Positions 48,663-63,039 of a stretch of DNA of 64,000 nt are shown here, in pieces. Positions within the stretch are counted from its first letter, which is position 1; the number at the start of each line of letters is the position of its first letter. The notes under the pieces were generated by a model that was not told the DNA's origin, searched no databases, and saw only the letters and a program-made list of their open reading frames with translations. Source of the DNA: Tubiluchus corallicola (lineage: Eukaryota; Animalia; Priapulida); NCBI GenBank assembly GCA_030141605.1, contig JAQGDQ010000042.1:372001-436000 (forward strand). The letters run 5' to 3'. The position numbers and the translations under genes were made by a program.

Positions 48663-51600
48663 TCATGCATTCAATTTCTCACTAAAAATTTTCAGCAGTG
48701 TTGGAAGATTAGCCGTTTCTAGATTCAGTATGGAAATGATTCGTTCACCAGCAGCTGGAAAATTCCTCTGCAAGGTTTTTCCTAAAATTCTCAAGCGTGA
48801 TTCCTTATTAGAATCTAAAGCTTCAAGGACGGGAGATACCGTATCCTGTAAACAAGATGCAAATAAAATTATCTTTTTTATTTTTAATTCAATTAAGAAT
48901 TATTAATTCAATTCATTTAATTCAATACTATTCTTGGCACTTTTCGAAATATTCTAAATGTGAGTGAAACAAAAAATATAAAAATGTAAAAAACATTACG
49001 ATAAAAACTAGAAGTTATAAATTCCTGTTAACAAGGTACTGAATAATGTTTCTTTAAACTATTTTTTTCAAATCATTATTCTTTTTTATCTCGGGTTTAT
49101 CTGTTTGCAGCCATTATTAAAGTCATATATAACTACTAATCAAATTTATCAAATTTAGTGTAAAGTCATTCAGAATTAGACATACTTGCCACACATTTTT
49201 AAACATTAACATAATTGATATATGTAATACCTATGTAGTGTGGCATATATAGTGTGGCATACTTATAAAGAATGCCACGCTACCAATACATTCATTTAAA
49301 GTAATCCACTGTGTTTCTTGAATCACTGTGAGCAGTGAGAACTCGGAACAAAGGCATTAAATTGGCTGCCTGCTACAATACCCATTTCAGTATGATCGTC
49401 TATTCTATTGTGCACAAAAATATACTTACAGTCGGCAATAGAAGTACGACTTCGCCAAGAAAAGCAGACACTTGCTCATACAGAATATTTAATAAGCCTA
49501 GGTCAGCCTGAATTGCTATGGTGACAGAAGAGGAGACAAGTTCACTAGATGCATTTGCTGATGATTCTTGTACTTTGTTCTCAGATGGCTTTGTTTGGAC
49601 AGAAGTTTCACTTTTAAATGATTCCTCAGTCAACACTTCTGCAGAAGTTTGGTCAACTCCAGTCACAACAGAACTTGTAGTAGTTTTTTTCTTAGTTTCT
49701 TCACTTGACAGTTTTGTAGAATCTGTTAAGTTCAATTCTAAAATAGTTTTATTTCTGTCTACTGTACTGTCCTGAGATTTTATTGATTCTTGGACACCTT
49801 CTTTTCTGTGAAGTGTTTGGTGTAATACCTCTAAAATCTTTAGAGCACAGCGAAGTATTCTTTTATCTACGAAAATGGTAAACAAGCATCACTTAAAGCA
49901 AAACAGGACCCAATCTTAAACTGTAGGTCAAAACAATCTACTCTTTAAAGTATTGAAAGGAAACATATTATTTTTTTCAAATAAGGCTTACGTGAAAGAA
50001 TTATTACCACACAAACACAATGTCACGTTTGCGCCAGTAGTTCTTCGCTGTTACATGCATTTCGCCATTTGCTAGTTAGACGGGCACTAGCGCCTGCATT
50101 TTGGAAACGCATTGCAAAAAAACAGATGCTGTACCTCTCAGTTCAGATGCATTAGTTTGATTCAACAGTTCATGCATGAGCACAGCGGTAAATTTGAAAT
50201 TTGAATGTTTATCTTAAAACTTGTCTGATTTTAGTACAACACACTGAATATCTTACAGTATCACTGTACTTCAAATTTCGCTTTCGCAAACACGTGCGAC
50301 ACGCTCATGGAATACTTTTGCCATTGAAAATTATGTTCCTTTCTGATGTCATCAACAGTTGGGCTCGCCCGACGTTAATTCCGATTTTAATCTATTATTT
50401 CATTATCAGAAATGCTTTTGCAGCATTAATTGTGCTAAAATGTGTACTTTTTATCTGACTTGAAAATGGGGTACTATATGAAAAATCATCATGTCTTCTT
50501 TTAAGAAAAACATGAAGTGACTTACAAAAGATGCACAACCTATCACTAAAGAAGCAAGTACTAGACAAATTATAAACATAAACTGCATCACAACTGAAAA
50601 TAGTTATTCAAGCAGAAAAATCAGAAATACGCAAAAATTGATTAATTTAAGCTTATGTAAGCCTTGTTCAACAAAGGAATTGATTTAACAAAAATGAACA
50701 TTCAGCACAGCTGCTGTTAGTGGTTTCTTTATTGTCTGGTACAAGGGCATCTAAATATGTACACCTTATATAGCTGGTTGTAATTAACAGTATTCTCATA
50801 ATAACAAATTTAATATAATTTCTTGTCATGCAGTAGCATGCAGGGTAACTGTTTAAGCAGAATTTGCTCACACAAATTAACAAATCTCAAACAGTCAAAC
50901 CTCGTTATACCACCAAACTCGTTTATCGCCTGCAAAATGACCAGGAAAAAACAGTTGCATTCAACTGTATATAAAAATAACTCGTTATACAGCCACCCGT
51001 TACCTGCAGTCCGCCAGGCAAATTAATATATATGTTCAATGGGGAATACCACCAGCCACACCAGTTACCTTGATTATGCCAGTAAACTTTTGCACATTTT
51101 GATTGTTTGCAAGCTCTACTGTACATCGTATAATCACAATAGTAAAGGACTGATAGCTCCAATATTATTGTCAATGTGTGCGCGCAGTCATAATAGGACT
51201 GACAAGAAAAACGTGGTTCTTTTTTGGCCACAAGAAAAGGTGATATTTGCTTGTTTTATAAGAATCGCCCAAGCAAATCCCAACACGAAATTTGTAATTA
51301 TGACTTAACATTTTTTACATATACATGTTTAATGGAGCAGTAGGCCAACAATCTATTATATACTTGAGTATAAGATACACTTACTATGTAAACAGAATGT
51401 TCTTCATAAAGACTATTCATTTTGAGTGAGTCATTAATTCACAAATGATTAATTTAGTAGTTTTCTTTTAATTCATTAACCTTTAGAGTGAAAAATGAAG
51501 ACTCTAACCTGTGTACACTTATCTGACTGTTTTGTGATTCACCTGTTTTAAAATTTAGCACACCTCGTTATGACGCTAAACTCGCTGTAACATCAACACT

Positions 51601-54600
51601 TTTCCAGTCCCAAAGTGGGCGGTATAAAGAAGTCTGAGTGTAATAATACATGCGCAAATAAACAAACTATAGATAAACAAACTATGTTATTTACAATATC
51701 AAATCTATCATCTTAAAAGACCACATTCACTGGCAGGTAAAACTGCTAGCATGCAAATTGTATGTTATAAATTTACAAACACATGCTATGCAAAGCGCAC
51801 ATTAAGGTACGGCACGATTATAAAGAATCATGAATGGACTTTTTGCAAATAACAAAACTTAGAAATGATAAAACATATTTAAAATACCTTTCTCTATAAG
51901 ATCTAGTCTATCTGTTATCACAGCTGTGAGGATGTTAAAACAAGAAGCCAGCGTTGTCTCATTGTTTTCCAGTGTTACCACCTGAAAACAGCAGATGTTG
52001 TCCAGGTAGTCACAAGCTAATCTAAATACTTGCTCAGACTTATCACCTGTAGTAAATAGTAACACATAAATCTACATTCAAACAAAGTTCATGGAAGCAA
52101 CAGCAAACAACTGCTGTCAAATATGGTTGATTCAGGTCTCATTAACTCAAATTTCAAATGTGTATTCAAGTGTGACCAAATAAGGAGACTGAGTGTTAAT
52201 TTATTTCACATCTTAGAGGAAAAGCCAATACTCAAACAACATTTATTGCATTTTAACATACAATTAAAAATAATGAAATCATCGCACAATATATGCACAT
52301 ACGCATATATGCCTTGCTTAAAAATGCAAAAGAAATTTAAATATTTCTTATCTCCCGCCATCGCTACCGGCATATCTGAAAAAAATGACCTATTCTAGGA
52401 TTGTGTTTAAATGTGTTTATGTAGCAATTAGCTATTGGATGAAGTTTCATTGTTCTAGCATTGTGTTTAATTGTGTTTACATAGAAATTAGTCATTGGAT
52501 GAAGTATGACGAAATTTAAATTGGTTACATAGCTATGATCTATAGGATTATACCTTAAAATCTGTAAGTAGTCTGCATTAATTGTGTAAATAATTAATTT
52601 ACAGAATTTTGTTGACTTTCAGATATGCCAGGAAACTTGCGAGTGTATAGTAGTAGGCGCTGGGCGTGTTACTTAGTTTATAGAGATCACTCTACAAGTC
52701 AAAACAATATTGCTGAAGCACCAGGCAGAATAAGTGTATATAGTGCTACTGTTGAATTAAGTGGAAATGTTCTCTCCATCTTGCTGACTTAAACCAAACA
52801 AATATTACAGTCTAGTAAAACTAACTAACACTCACAGACAATAATTCTACACTTATGCGCAATACCTAAACAGTATGAGCATTTACTGGTCAACAACCAC
52901 CTGGACAAACTGTTTAGGTCACCTGAAACGAAAAGTACTCACTCAATGCTGATTTTCCATCTTCGTTAACAGTTGAGCGAACTAGAGTCAGAATATGAAA
53001 GAGAACTTTGGTTGAATCAGCTGACAAACTGGAAATTAAAAACGTAAAAAGGCTCATTACGTTAGTATTTGAAAGAATGCACAAATCGGCAAGCATCAAA
53101 CAATCAACTGGGCTTCACCTCACACTGGCCAATCAAACGCTCCTTTTCTCAGCTGACCGGCTGCTGTAGTGTCGCAAAATTGCTCATAAACAGACGTAAA
53201 GAACACATTGAAATTTACTGAAAGTAAACGTTGATATATATATCATTATTGTCATGAAAGTGGCCAAGAGGTTCCGGGTTCAATACTGGATTGTTGCAAT
53301 CTTGTACTTCAGAACCAGTAGTGACGACTTAAAAATGTGAAATGAATGCAGGAAATTTATAGGAAGAAACTGCCAGACTTCAATCGTGTGTTCCTCATGC
53401 TGGTTGCGATTAAGGAACAGGTGGTTAGCTAGTAAACGTACTTGGCCGCTCACCCCTGAATCGATGAAGCCATTACATAGAGACGGTTTTACACCTGGTA
53501 CTCAATGCCACCATGCAATGGCTTTGCATGGACCAGTCCATCACAATGTAGGGGGAAGGGGGTCGAAAATAAATGGCATTTCGCCCTCGCAACATTAATA
53601 TTATTATTATTATTTTCTCTACCCATACAAGATTTATTTAACTAAAATTTGTTTAGCAGTAAAACAAAAACATTATAACGATGAAACATTGTGCTTGGAT
53701 AATAGTAGTGCAGACGTATAATGCATGGAAAGGTTAGAAAGTGTCAGATTTATAAATTTCATCAGGCCAAAAAAAATTAAACAGATGTGCCGCTGGACCC
53801 AATCTCTCCCTACTTAAGACAACGAGCTGAATAGTTTCAAATTAATAAAAACTCTATCTGTCCCAAGTTTAATTAGTTTCCCATTTTTTATGTTGTTTAG
53901 TTCGCTGTTGGTGACATACAAGACTATCATACAGACCTCTACACTTTCTATGCACTATGTGCACAACAAAAGGTTGCTAAATACTGCTCTACAGCACAAA
54001 ATAGCATTAATGTTGTTAATGTTTATTAAGGTTGAACGTCCAGTATTTGATAGGTCTCTTAATTATTATTCACAATGTTTATGTGAGGTAACTTATGTTT
54101 GTTTAAAACCACATTGCTTCTATCAGTTTTTTAGACTGACCAAGTACAAATTTCATACCAAGGCATTGCAAAATAATTTCATTGCAGTTTAGATAATAAT
54201 AATAATTTCCCAACATGTGCGGCAACGGACATTTCTCACTGATGCCAAGCATTTTGGTCGCACATCAGATTTTTAATTTTTCACACAAAATCTCAAAATA
54301 ACACACAATCTTTGAGAGAAATGATCGCATTCATTTGTAGTGATTCCAGAAAGTATGCAACAGTGACACACTCTCTGAAATCATTAACAAGTTCCGACTA
54401 AATGAGTGCACTTTTCATGTTTAGATTCACCCGCTTGTTTATAGATTTTATATAGACAGATCGCAAGCCGCATTTAGCCATTTAAGATCATATTAGACAT
54501 TATGAATGATCAGTCTTAAAGACTTATATAAGCAATGGTTTAAACAACATGAGTTAATTACTGCAGATAAACTGTGAATAACAATTAAAAGGTCTGTATC

Positions 54601-57600
54601 TTTAACCTTAATAAACGTTAATGCAATAGTAGCATTTGGCAATCTCTTGTAACAGCTTAAAAACTTTAATTAAAAAAATAGGAAACTAATTACCTTGGGA
54701 CAGACAACATAAATTATTAATTTGACGGCTCGGCTCGTGTTATCTACCTAACTGGAAGAGATTTTTTCAGGGGCAGATTTGAGTTTTTTGTCTTGGAGAA
54801 TCTGAAAAATCTGACTGTTTCAAGTCTTTCCAGGCACTATACATCTGCATAAGTATTATTCAAGTATAATGTTTAGATTTCTCTGTACTACTGCTAGACA
54901 AATTTTAGTTGCAGAAATCTTGTATGGCTGGAGAAAATAAAAGTTATAATGATAATAATGATACCCACTTGATCTTAACTCTTGCAGTATATTTCAATGC
55001 AATTTCTTCACGTGGTTGTGAACCGCTTTTGTTGTGTAACTCAGATGAAGGAGGAGGCAAGACAAAGGGAGAGCTAATTGGCCATCACGAGGGCGACCCC
55101 CGCTGATTGACTGACGTTTCGCCATCTATGTATTGTAGCTGCTGTCAGAGACAAAAGTTTGTGAGACTGGGCCATGTAGGCGGAGCTAAAAAGAAAACAC
55201 GATGGTTTTCCATATACCAAGTTTGAAGATAAAAATTTAAATTTCAACTTCACCACTGTGCTCACGCATGAGCTCTCAAACTTGTTCACTATGTCACAAA
55301 CGAACATATCTGAACTGAGAAGTACAGCACTTGTTTTTGGGCAATGCATTTCCGAAATGTAGGCGCTAGTGCCCCGCTAACTAGCGAATGGCAAAATGCA
55401 TGTAAAAGCGAAGCACTAGTGGCGCAAATACGACTTGCATTTGTGTGGTAGTAATTCTTTTACGTAAGTCATTTCTGAAAAAATAGTATGTTTCTGTTCA
55501 ATATTTTAAAGAGTAGATTGTTCTGATGTACAGTTTAAGATTGAGTCTGGTTTTCCCTTTAACTCTGTAGGTTATATCCTACACATTACCCACTATTGTA
55601 ATCAATACTGATTAACTACTCCAGACCATAAATTCTGAAACAAAGACGTCATTTATGTCAGCTACAAACAAAAAAACAATTCAAATACTTATTATGAATG
55701 CTAATGTTTTAATTGGAACCCTTGCTTGCTTTACGCAAAATTCTTACTCCAATAGCCAGAAGAACTTTATGAGCAATGACTGTCAGTTTGTGTAATCTTA
55801 TCCAGAATTGTAAAGTAATCTTGTACCTTGTATAATGATCAGTGTGAATTTTGCTACATGTACAAGTTACAAAACACTTTTGGCCTTAGTAGGCAATGAC
55901 TTGTAAGCCTAAATGGCTGGGTTTACGTCCAAATTTTTGTCGTACATAGAACAATGAAAATTATTGTAAGTGTAATGTATGATGGATGTAAACATGTCAC
56001 TTTAATAAAAAAAATTTCACTCTCAGTCACTCACTCACTACCTTACTAGCAATTTGTGACTGCACACAACAACAGCAGGATGATTAAATAACAGCCTAAA
56101 GACAACAATATGTGCCTACCCAACTTGATTAAGTGCTTCTAAAACAGCAGTGACAAGTTCCACAGTCGACCATGTGGTACATAAAGGTGGATCTTTGTCC
56201 ATTGCTATGTCTATTATGTCTGCTGTGTTCCGTATGAGATTAGCTAAAAAGTATAAGCATTATATTTATAGCGTGAAAACGTAATATTGGTGATCATAGT
56301 TACATACAGAAGAATGTAGAATAGACCTGATCAAATTAACAGCGACAAATAAATTTAACTTCAGCATCCTACCAAGTGACAAAGGAAAAGTGGCTAAGCG
56401 TGTTGATTCGCATACGTTAAAATTCTTTATAATTTGTTGTTGTAAAATAAAAAATAGTTTGTTATCACATTTCCTTCCACCAGACAAGGCAACTTATTGA
56501 ATTCACTTATCTACACTTAGGTATACACAACTGCAAGCAAAAACTCATGCTAAATACAGAAAAAAAACAGATTTTGTTCATTATATGACTTTTATGAGTA
56601 CTTTTGTCACAATAGTATTATCTACAAGGCAACAAATTTGCTAGCCATTCTATACCATTATAACAAAAGCAGAATGTTATTTGACTGAATAATAAAGAAG
56701 AACGACAGCTGACAAATGTTACTATACAGCACAACAGAAAAGCATAACTGAATGGTACTCACTGTTTGTAGAACTTTCAAAAATAAACAAGAGAGTACTG
56801 AAGAAAGTAGACGTTTCTATTTCTCGTAGCCAGGAATGGCGTGATTCTGAACATTCAAGACACACCCTCAGCACTCTAGAAAAATATGCAATTACAATTT
56901 TAGACAACTGCAGTATGAGCTTGGATTTAGCACAGAACCAATTCTCCTAAAATAAAAGTTCTAGCTCTAGCTGAACGGGTAAGATAAAAAAAGGTTGTGT
57001 CTTTGGGTAGACTTTCAAACATATTTAAGGAGAAATTTATGTTACAGCCTGCTATGAAATTTAAATGAGACGACTAGTCAAATGTCTTTTACTTTTCATG
57101 CTCAAAGGATGAAAATGACTCAAAAAGTAACAAGAGTGTCTGGAATTTGCTATACTTTATCTCTGCAAAGTGCAACTTGAGTTAACTGGCCTAGGCACAT
57201 CAATCCTTTAGATTCATTTTTATATTTTACATACAGTTTTGTAAACCAATAGCCATCGCTCAAGAGCTTACTTACTGTAGCTGGCAAAGCCAGAATTTAT
57301 TTAACTCACTACTAAGGATAATCTTCTAATTTAGTGTCTTAACCGGTTTGGATGCTCAGAAAATAACGGAGAAGACATTACGGCAGATGACAATTCCCAA
57401 AAGCTGTTTTGCTGGTACTCACTAATGCCTTTACTGACAAGATTTGGTACTGCTTATCTTGGTTACTGATCTAAATGCAATTTTTTACATAATGCAAAGT
57501 TACAATCCAGAATCCATTAGCAAACCAATCAGTATTACATAGTATACGACCCATCAGTTTGCCATGTACAAAAATAACAGAAAATCTCATAAAATTTTGA

Positions 57601-60600
57601 AATTCTTGTAAAAACAAAGTTAACATTACCGTGAAGCTTCAACAAGTGTTGGTACATCACTAGTTGTTTCGAAAAGAAGAACAAGAATTTTTCTGCACTT
57701 TTCACTTTGCGAAAATTCGTTTCTAATTTCCGAATGACACACCATGTTTCCAAGAACTCCAAGAGATATCTCCTGCAATGTTTGAACATAAAACGACAGA
57801 AAGAGAAAATGTAAGAAATTTACGAATGCACTGAATGCACACCATCACACGTGGGGTGCAGTTTTGTCTCTAAAAGTGTCCAAAGACACATTTAAGTAAA
57901 AAATGTATTGTCCTATTTAATAGCAATATATGAAAAACAATTCTTATAAAATAATATTAGGCACTAGGTCATTAATAAATAAATACATAACCCTCTAAAA
58001 CAGTTTGTTCAAAGCAGTGAAAGTATTGCAAGATGTATTACTACAACAGTGCTATCAGAATTTAGGCAAAAAACCTTCAATGTAAAGGTAGTTCTACTTA
58101 CTACTAACACAGACTAATATCGTACAATCAATTCCATTCTATATCACACAATTGCATTCTGTACTTATTTAGAGTTTTTCACAATGATAGTGATTAAATT
58201 TGAAACAAGCTTGAAATTACATTTTTTGCGCAAGTTACACGTAAACTAACATTTTTCTTTAATAAAAACATTTCTAAAAAATTATGTTTATCATGCAAGT
58301 ACATTTTTAAAATAAATCAGGATGATTTTGTAAGTACCCCATTTTGAAGTTAGGCTCTGTATGACTGACAATGAAACGTAAAAGTTAAGCAATGTAAGTT
58401 TCAAAATTTCAAGTTTATCACTGCGCAATGATATGCAGTTTCAGAAGACAAAGGATGACAAATTTCATATGCAGTTAGTTATGCATAATTTTTAATAGGA
58501 GTTTGAATGTCCATACTTACAGCTATTCGTGGTGCTCTGGTCTTTGTCAAGACACCTATCAGAATATCAACAGCTTTAAACTCTTGTAGATACTTTACCA
58601 CCTCCTAGACGAAAGAAAAACTATGACAAGCAGAGTCTGATATTGAAATGCAAAACATCTATAATATCTGTTTAATGTGTAAAGCATAACAATTGTAAAA
58701 ACTTTTCATTAAACACTTGAATCTCCCTAAAGGAAAACAGGATGATTTTTTTCATCTTACCCCATTTTGAAATAAGGTAAAAAGTATGCATGTCAATGCT
58801 AATACTGCTGCAAAAGCATTTCTGACAATGAAATAATGGATTAAAATCTTAGTTAACACCAGGCGAGCTCAACTAGTGGTGACATCACAAATGAACATAA
58901 TTTTCAACAGCAAAAACATTCTATGAGCGTGTTGCATGTGTTTGAAAAAGTGAAAATTGAAGTACATTGCCCCTGTAAGTGTTAAACTAAAACACGGAAA
59001 GTATTAAGGTAAAAATTTAAATTTCAAATTTACCATTATGCTCACATATGAGCTCTTGAACATGTGCACTATGTCACAAATGAACACATTTGAAATGAGA
59101 GGTACAGTACCTGTTTTTTGTGCAACGTGTTTCAGAAATGTAAGCACTAGTGCCCATCTAACTAACGAATGTCATAATACATGTAACATCGAAGAATAGC
59201 TGCGCAAATGTGAAATTGTGTTTGTGTGGTAATGGTTCTTTCACGTAAGTCATTCTTATAAAAATAGTATGTTCCATTTCAATACTTTAAAGAGTAGATT
59301 ATTTTACCTACAGTTTAGGATTTCAATATTGTTTCATATTTTACGGGCAATATGTTGAATATCAGCATGATCTATTTCATCAGATTTAGTCTCTAGTCCC
59401 TTTATTTATTTTGCTGAATATTATGACTAGGAATAACTTCACGTGGCCAAACATTGGGTACAATTTTTAGATAGGCCGTGACACATACCAATGTTTCTTC
59501 TTAAGCCTTTTCTATAAAGGTTTCTAAAACAGAATAATATATAGTTTAGTAGACCATTAAAACTACTCAAAGTAAGAGTGATATTAGGGAAACTGAAAAG
59601 GCAGCAGACGAAGTCAAGCACAATTCGTTTAAATTTCTAGGTGTACATATAGCTAAAGATTTAACATGGAAAAACCATCACGGAAACTACGTAAAATGCT
59701 TTAATTTTTAGTTACTCTTCAACCTTTATTCAACCGTCAAAAAATTCCATTGCAAAAAACTGTGCTTATCAATTCAAAATCCTGATAATATAATCCACAC
59801 TCTACAGCCAGTACCCACACTCATAGATATAGATCTCACCACCATCTCAAATAAGGCTTACCTGGATGCAGAACAGAGGTATTCACGTACAGTTTTATCT
59901 CATATGGTTTATTCAATTCCCAAACATAAGGTTAGACTCACTTTAATTTATTTCATTCATGTATCTAGTAACAGTGTAATAGCATCTGTTGCTGTATGTT
60001 CTACCTCGCTTATTCTTTTAAAAAATTTTATATTTTGTAATTTTAAGTTGTGCTGTAATTCAACCTTTTGGTTGTAATGACGATAAATAAACTTATTATT
60101 ATTATGCAAGAAAAGCACTACCGTATAGGAGTGAAGTGTTCTGACAGATGGCAAGGCAAACAGAGAAAACATTTGCAAAAGTTTTTAGCTGCACATACAT
60201 TCAGAAGAAAACTAAGAGTATCAACAACATTTTACGGAAAAAAATGTCAAAAATGTACCTGATTCATTGACATGTCCCAGAGTTTACACAGCTCATCCTG
60301 CAATTCTTCTTCTATGTCAACAAGACCGGAGTCACCAACATCATTTCCATCTTTTCTGTCTTCTTCCTTGTCAACTTCCTGTAGTTCAAATTTGCTCGTG
60401 TTAAATTTTAATTTATGCAAGTTAGTGAGCAATTCTACTGATGTGATAGTTACATTTGTTTTGCATATACACTTTACCTGTAGCACTTAAAAGAAGCATT
60501 GAACACTCCAGCGGAATCTAGAACTAACCTGAAGTAAAATTTCAATTTCTAATCCAAATCAAAGTTCAAATGGGGATATTCTTGTTATAAAATTTGATGA

Positions 60601-61795
60601 GACATTCTCATTAGCAAAAATGAAATTTACTTATTTGTTCCATTAGTTGGCCAAACACCGAGCTAGTCAAAAATGTGGGCCAGGACCACACGACAATCAC
60701 AACCCAGAATTCAATGAACCTATTCCAAGAATGGGACGCAAGTAGTCAGTCCTTTCAGGCACTATTATTGTCGTAGTAGTACGCAAAAAAACTGCTGTAC
60801 GTGTTGTACGTATGTTGCACATTCTGCAGGAATGTATTTAAGTTATCCATGATAGAGTCTTGTCTTTTATTTCGATGAAGAAATTATATATGTGATATTG
60901 TAAAAAAAAACAAAAAATCTGTGTACTACTTAATAACCTAGATTATAACCAGAAAACATGTAAATATTTTACAAAATCAGCTTTTAAGGATGTGTACAAG
61001 GCAAAATAACACTAAGTTACTACATAAGAATAGTTACTTGTATAAGTTTCATCAGGGTAGTAAATAACCAATGTTTACTAAACACTGTATCTCCAATCAT
61101 ATCTGCTGTGAATTCTTTATGTTTCACTAACTCATCAGGTGGTGAAGGATTTCTGTACTCATCATCCTCTCCGACGGCTACAGCTAGAAAAACAGAAAAA
61201 TGACAATTTTATGGTTGCAAGAAAAATATATGACATCATATCTCATCGGTATTCACACAATACACGTAACACAACTCTTGTAAGCATAGAAGCTATTTCA
61301 TGCCTTTCGTATTCGTAGTCAACTTTATTTAAAAGATGCGACCAATTGAGTTTATTAGGTAAGAAGGTTGTGAAATTTCTAATTTTAACTTTAGTACCAT
61401 ACCCGGCACATTGTTAAAGTTCACAAAAAACAGCAGATGAACATTAAGTGATCTTCAGTTAATCTTAATACTTATCCTACCATTTACATGAAACTGTGGA
61501 CATAGTTTTAATTCATATATTAGTAGTTTTATTATAATACCATACCATACTGCATACTGTTTAAATTCTGAAATAAATAGTAGGGAAAATTATTAGTAGG
61601 GCGATTATAACTGTTATCTTGCCATTGCTCAATAAGTCACAAAAAATAATTTTAACATATACTGCGCTCAGCCCACCAGTTTGGCCAACAGAACAGTTAA
61701 TTCTTGGCAAAAATCACTTGACAAATTAGATAAGTCTATTAATATTAATTCTTACTATGACAGAAATTTAAATGAATACCTTCAAAATCAGACAT
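48663..61795 (-). CDS. SAAL1: Protein SAAL1 (ARM-like repeat protein), about 536 aa, 11 coding exons
   Basis: Exons 61795-61780, 61183-61038, 60378-60259, 58604-58521, 57772-57630, 56875-56763, 56243-56120, 53028-52943, 52046-51888, 49866-49430, 48845-48663 (1611 nt). Hallmarks RNPSPP, IGDTVFSKHWLF, ELCKLWDMSM, YLQEFKAVDI, PRIAEISLGVLGNM, SDVPTLVEASR, FIFESSTN. Confidence 0.92.
49897..50500 (+). mobile_element. TTAA-flanked MITE (Kolobok/T2-like), full copy
   Basis: TTAA at 49893-49896 and 50501-50504; imperfect termini AGCAAAACAGGA / AAGAAGACATGA. Homologous copies at 55190-55558, 58731-59323 and 28240-28465. Confidence 0.75.
50892..51640. mobile_element. Longer member of pogo-type family C
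   Basis: Starts CAGTCAAACCTCGTTATA and ends ...cagtcccaaagtgggcggtataaagaagtctgagtg-TA, the same termini as the MITEs at 37741 and 42410. Confidence 0.65.
53260..53614 (+). mobile_element. tRNA-type SINE (family A, copy 2) with (TTA)n tail
   Basis: B-box-like gggttcaatact, GC-richer body homologous to 25985-26280, ending in attattattattatt. Confidence 0.7.
53684..54874. mobile_element. Non-autonomous DNA element with about 200-bp imperfect terminal inverted repeats
   Basis: 53684-53890 is the diverged reverse complement of 54670-54874 (e.g. tctgtcccaag..taattagtttcc vs ggaaactaatta..cttgggacaga; aaacattgtgcttggataata vs tattattcaagtataatgttt). Confidence 0.7.
55190..55558 (-). mobile_element. 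Internally deleted copy of the TTAA-flanked MITE
   Basis: Reverse complement of 49897-50215 plus the other terminus (aaagaaaacacgatg); TTAA at 55559-55562. Confidence 0.75.
58731..59323 (-). mobile_element. Third copy of the TTAA-flanked MITE
   Basis: Begins aggaaaacaggatgattt and is colinear in reverse with 49897-50500. Confidence 0.75.
59560..59700 (+). mobile_element. Short LINE RT C-terminal fragment
   Basis: KFLGVHIAKDLTWKNH, typical of the CR1/L2 FLGV...LTW motif. Confidence 0.55.
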
Positions 61796-63039
61796 AGTGA
61801 AATGCCTCAGATGATTAATAAAGTGTGTCTCTTTTCTTCTTCGGTTCTTTAAAAGTCTAATAAAATCAATAGATAAATTTTAAGATTCGGGGTACAGTTC
61901 ATCATTTCTGCCCTATAGCCACTACTCTACAATGCAGATGTCAATTTGGAGATACGACAGTGATACAATATATTCTACCAATGATACAATATTGATAATC
62001 TGTTTTTCAAACGATACAATAAGATCCAATAAATTATTATGAATGACAAAACGATAAAGATGTGTGCTTAGCTATTATGTAGGGTGTAACAGTGTACTGC
62101 AATGCCGTATGACAGAATTGCCAAAAACAGTAATACTATTAATACATGAGCTGCAACAGATAAACATTATATTATGCATAGCGTTTATTACTATATATAT
62201 ATATACAGATATATTTATGTGAGCTGCACTGCTTGCACATAATTGAGAAAGTGCTTCTAAAAATACTGCATGTGTAAGGGTGTAATGATAACATAACTGT
62301 GCAATTAGTTAAAATGCAACAGTGGTTCAGGTTGTTTTTATTTGGAAATATAAATGATTACAGTTTCTTAACAACCGGGTATCCATTACCCGAGTGGTAT
62401 AAGAAACAGAGTATCCGAGTCTGATTTTTGCTACCTGTGTGAACACTAGTGTGCATTATTCTGTCATTTTAAAACAGGTGAAAACAACATTTAGCAACTT
62501 AAGTGGCCACATTTACCCACTGGACATAGGGTTATATTTCATCGTTGGTACAAAAGCTGATACCAAAATGGTTTTACTCAATGGCTTTCTTACAGTTTAT
62601 ATTTTTCTTAATCAATTTATTTTCAAGTGCATTTTAAATCTCATTTTTTTGTGTTTCGAATCTGATTTTTGTACATTTTACAATTTTTAATGATCACTTA
62701 TATTCATTAATTCTCCTGTTCACTTTGCTAGTATGTGCAAGCAGGCAGCTTGTTGTTTGAGTATTGAGTTCCTTGCTGCTGGCCCATATATGCTTTTAAA
62801 TGTTCTTTGTGTGCTTTTTCACATCTATATATTAAATTATCTATTTGTGCCTAAATAGATAATATAATATAAAAACATAAAAACTAGTAAGCTTGTATGG
62901 AAACTAATTTTTTGTAGCACAATCTCAAAAAACATCAAAGACCCCCCATTGAAAAGTTGTGTGTCAGTATTAGGTTTTTCCGATAGAAGGTTATTTGGGA
63001 ATCATTATCAAACCCTCTGATAAACTGATGGTAAAACCG

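Noticed and set aside
52393-52505. Two-copy 60-bp tandem duplication (and a 28-bp one at about 5412-5465)
   Set aside because: Ordinary local slippage duplications in non-coding DNA.
55827-55853. Possible 27-nt frame-preserving SAAL1 micro-exon (KIHTDHYT)
   Set aside because: AG/GT and phase fit, but the pyrimidine tract and donor are weak and the gene model is complete without it; RNA evidence is needed.
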